From Nitrosopumilus sp. (GTDB lineage: Archaea; Thermoproteota; Nitrososphaeria; Nitrososphaerales; Nitrosopumilaceae), in the NCBI GenBank assembly GCA_965204345.1, contig OZ241981.1, positions 192,001 to 256,000 of the forward strand: DNA of 64,000 bases, written 5' to 3'. Shown in pieces: positions 62,884 to 64,000 of the stretch (positions are counted from its first letter, which is position 1; each line of letters starts with the position of its first letter). Below the pieces are notes generated by a model. The model worked only from the letters and a program-made list of their open reading frames with translations. It ran no database searches and was not told the DNA's origin. Made by a program: the position numbers and the translations under genes.

Positions 62884-63729
62884 GTGTCACTTTGTGGCAT
62901 GTCTTTGAAGGATGTGCCATCCCATGGAAATCTGGCATCATACCGCACATATACGGGTCCTGTTGCCAGAGAACTCTACGGCTATGCAGGCATTCGCAGA
63001 TCAAAGCACCAAAAGAACATCTGCAGTTTGCTGCACATACTGTTCATGCACGGCAAGTGCACCACATGGGAGATGGCACAGACGCACATGCGCGGCGTTC
63101 CCGCAATAAGAGAACAGGAAAAATCATACAGGCGTCTGCTGGTGGGCAGAACAGACAGGAGCAAACGCAGCTCCGGCCTGATGGAGACTGGGCTGGTGGT
63201 ACGCACCAAGTACACAAGAGAGTACGCCGATTCCGCACCGCATCCTAAAAAAGGCAGGCCCTACTACGAGTACCGGCTTTCCCTTCACGGCATACTCTAT
63301 TGCATAGAGGCACTGGAACCAGACAATGCCGAGATAGATGTCATGGCCATACAGTATGCCGGATTGCTTCCGATGGTGTTTGGAAGGTGGAGACAGATAA
63401 GGTCGGTGCTGGGTGCTGACACCTACGGCCTGCGCATACTTGCCAGCAGTATCTTCCTTGATGGCACGGACACATCGCCGCTCTACGAGCTAATGTCATA
63501 TATCCACACAAAGTATCAGAAAAACTTTGAGTCCATATCAGAAGAGGATCTTGCAGAGCAGATATCGTACTGGTTTTACACGCATCTGCTGCACACAAAC
63601 CCAGGCAAGCTCAAAAAGATTATGCGACGCGATGCGCAGCTTGGATCATGGTATAACAATTTTGTCGGGGAGGCGCGGCAATACTATTTGCAAAGAGCCC
63701 AACATATCAGAAACGTCGACATACTGTGA
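62884..63729 (+). CDS. Thaumarchaeal winged-helix-like hypothetical protein
   Basis: CTTWEMA..., Y.YRLSLHGILYC pattern. Confidence 0.7.
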   Translation: MSLCGMSLKDVPSHGNLASYRTYTGPVARELYGYAGIRRSKHQKNICSLLHILFMHGKCTTWEMAQTHMRGVPAIREQEKSYRRLLVGRTDRSKRSSGLMETGLVVRTKYTREYADSAPHPKKGRPYYEYRLSLHGILYCIEALEPDNAEIDVMAIQYAGLLPMVFGRWRQIRSVLGADTYGLRILASSIFLDGTDTSPLYELMSYIHTKYQKNFESISEEDLAEQISYWFYTHLLHTNPGKLKKIMRRDAQLGSWYNNFVGEARQYYLQRAQHIRNVDIL

Positions 63730-63741
63730 GGAGAGGAAGAA

Positions 63742-64000
63742 CTACTTTGCATACTCCCTTATCATCCTCCGTATGACGGCAGGCTCTGTGGGTTTTTTAA
63801 TCCTGACCACCTTGTGTCTTGACCTTATCTCCTCGTACAGTGTGTCGTCCATATCGTAGCTTGAGGTAAATACGACTCTGAGATCTCTGTCACGCTTTCT
63901 TATCTGTATGAATGCCTTGTACCCATCGATGTCTGGCATCCGTATGTCCATAAATACCAAGTCCGGTTTGATCTGAGGGTATAGAGATATGGCCTCGCGT
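63742..64000 (-). CDS. Response regulator receiver (CheY-like), 5' truncated by the window edge
   Basis: PDLVFMDIRMPDIDG, FTSSY, KKP. Confidence 0.88.
   Translation of the reverse strand, partial: REAISLYPQIKPDLVFMDIRMPDIDGYKAFIQIRKRDRDLRVVFTSSYDMDDTLYEEIRSRHKVVRIKKPTEPAVIRRMIREYAK

Overview
Archaeal DNA, most consistent with an ammonia-oxidising Nitrosopumilaceae (Thaumarchaeota) genome. The evidence is aRF1, PurP, a non-discriminating AspRS with GatCAB, TBP, CbtAB, PhnDCE with the thaumarchaeal IPxWIK..AGWW domain, and MKxxxKTKTILFASLIAAMILPFSGM leader peptides. Intact housekeeping blocks alternate with accessory, defence-rich patches. Best candidate for a new system is a type I restriction-modification locus at 37.5-46.3 kb. 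Divergent hsdR and hsdM genes enclose a tyrosine recombinase, and two oppositely oriented hsdS genes share a ~67-bp inverted repeat containing a 26-bp arm-spacer-arm recombinase-like core. Inverting the ~7.4-kb block would swap TRDs and, given the lesions seen, rebuild one intact HsdS. Other notable items: a GHKL/MORC-like ATPase fused to an AbiEi-like domain and coupled to an AbiEii nucleotidyltransferase, with paired 25-bp operators; a three-copy family of secreted Trp-rich proteins each followed by a small membrane protein; a DUF3800-like gene followed by a structured RNA-like element; a ThaI-like type II R-M pair beside tRNA-Phe; an orphan KwaA-like gene; an extra TBP; and a dispersed ~103-bp repeat. 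All family assignments come from motif recognition by eye, not from database searches.
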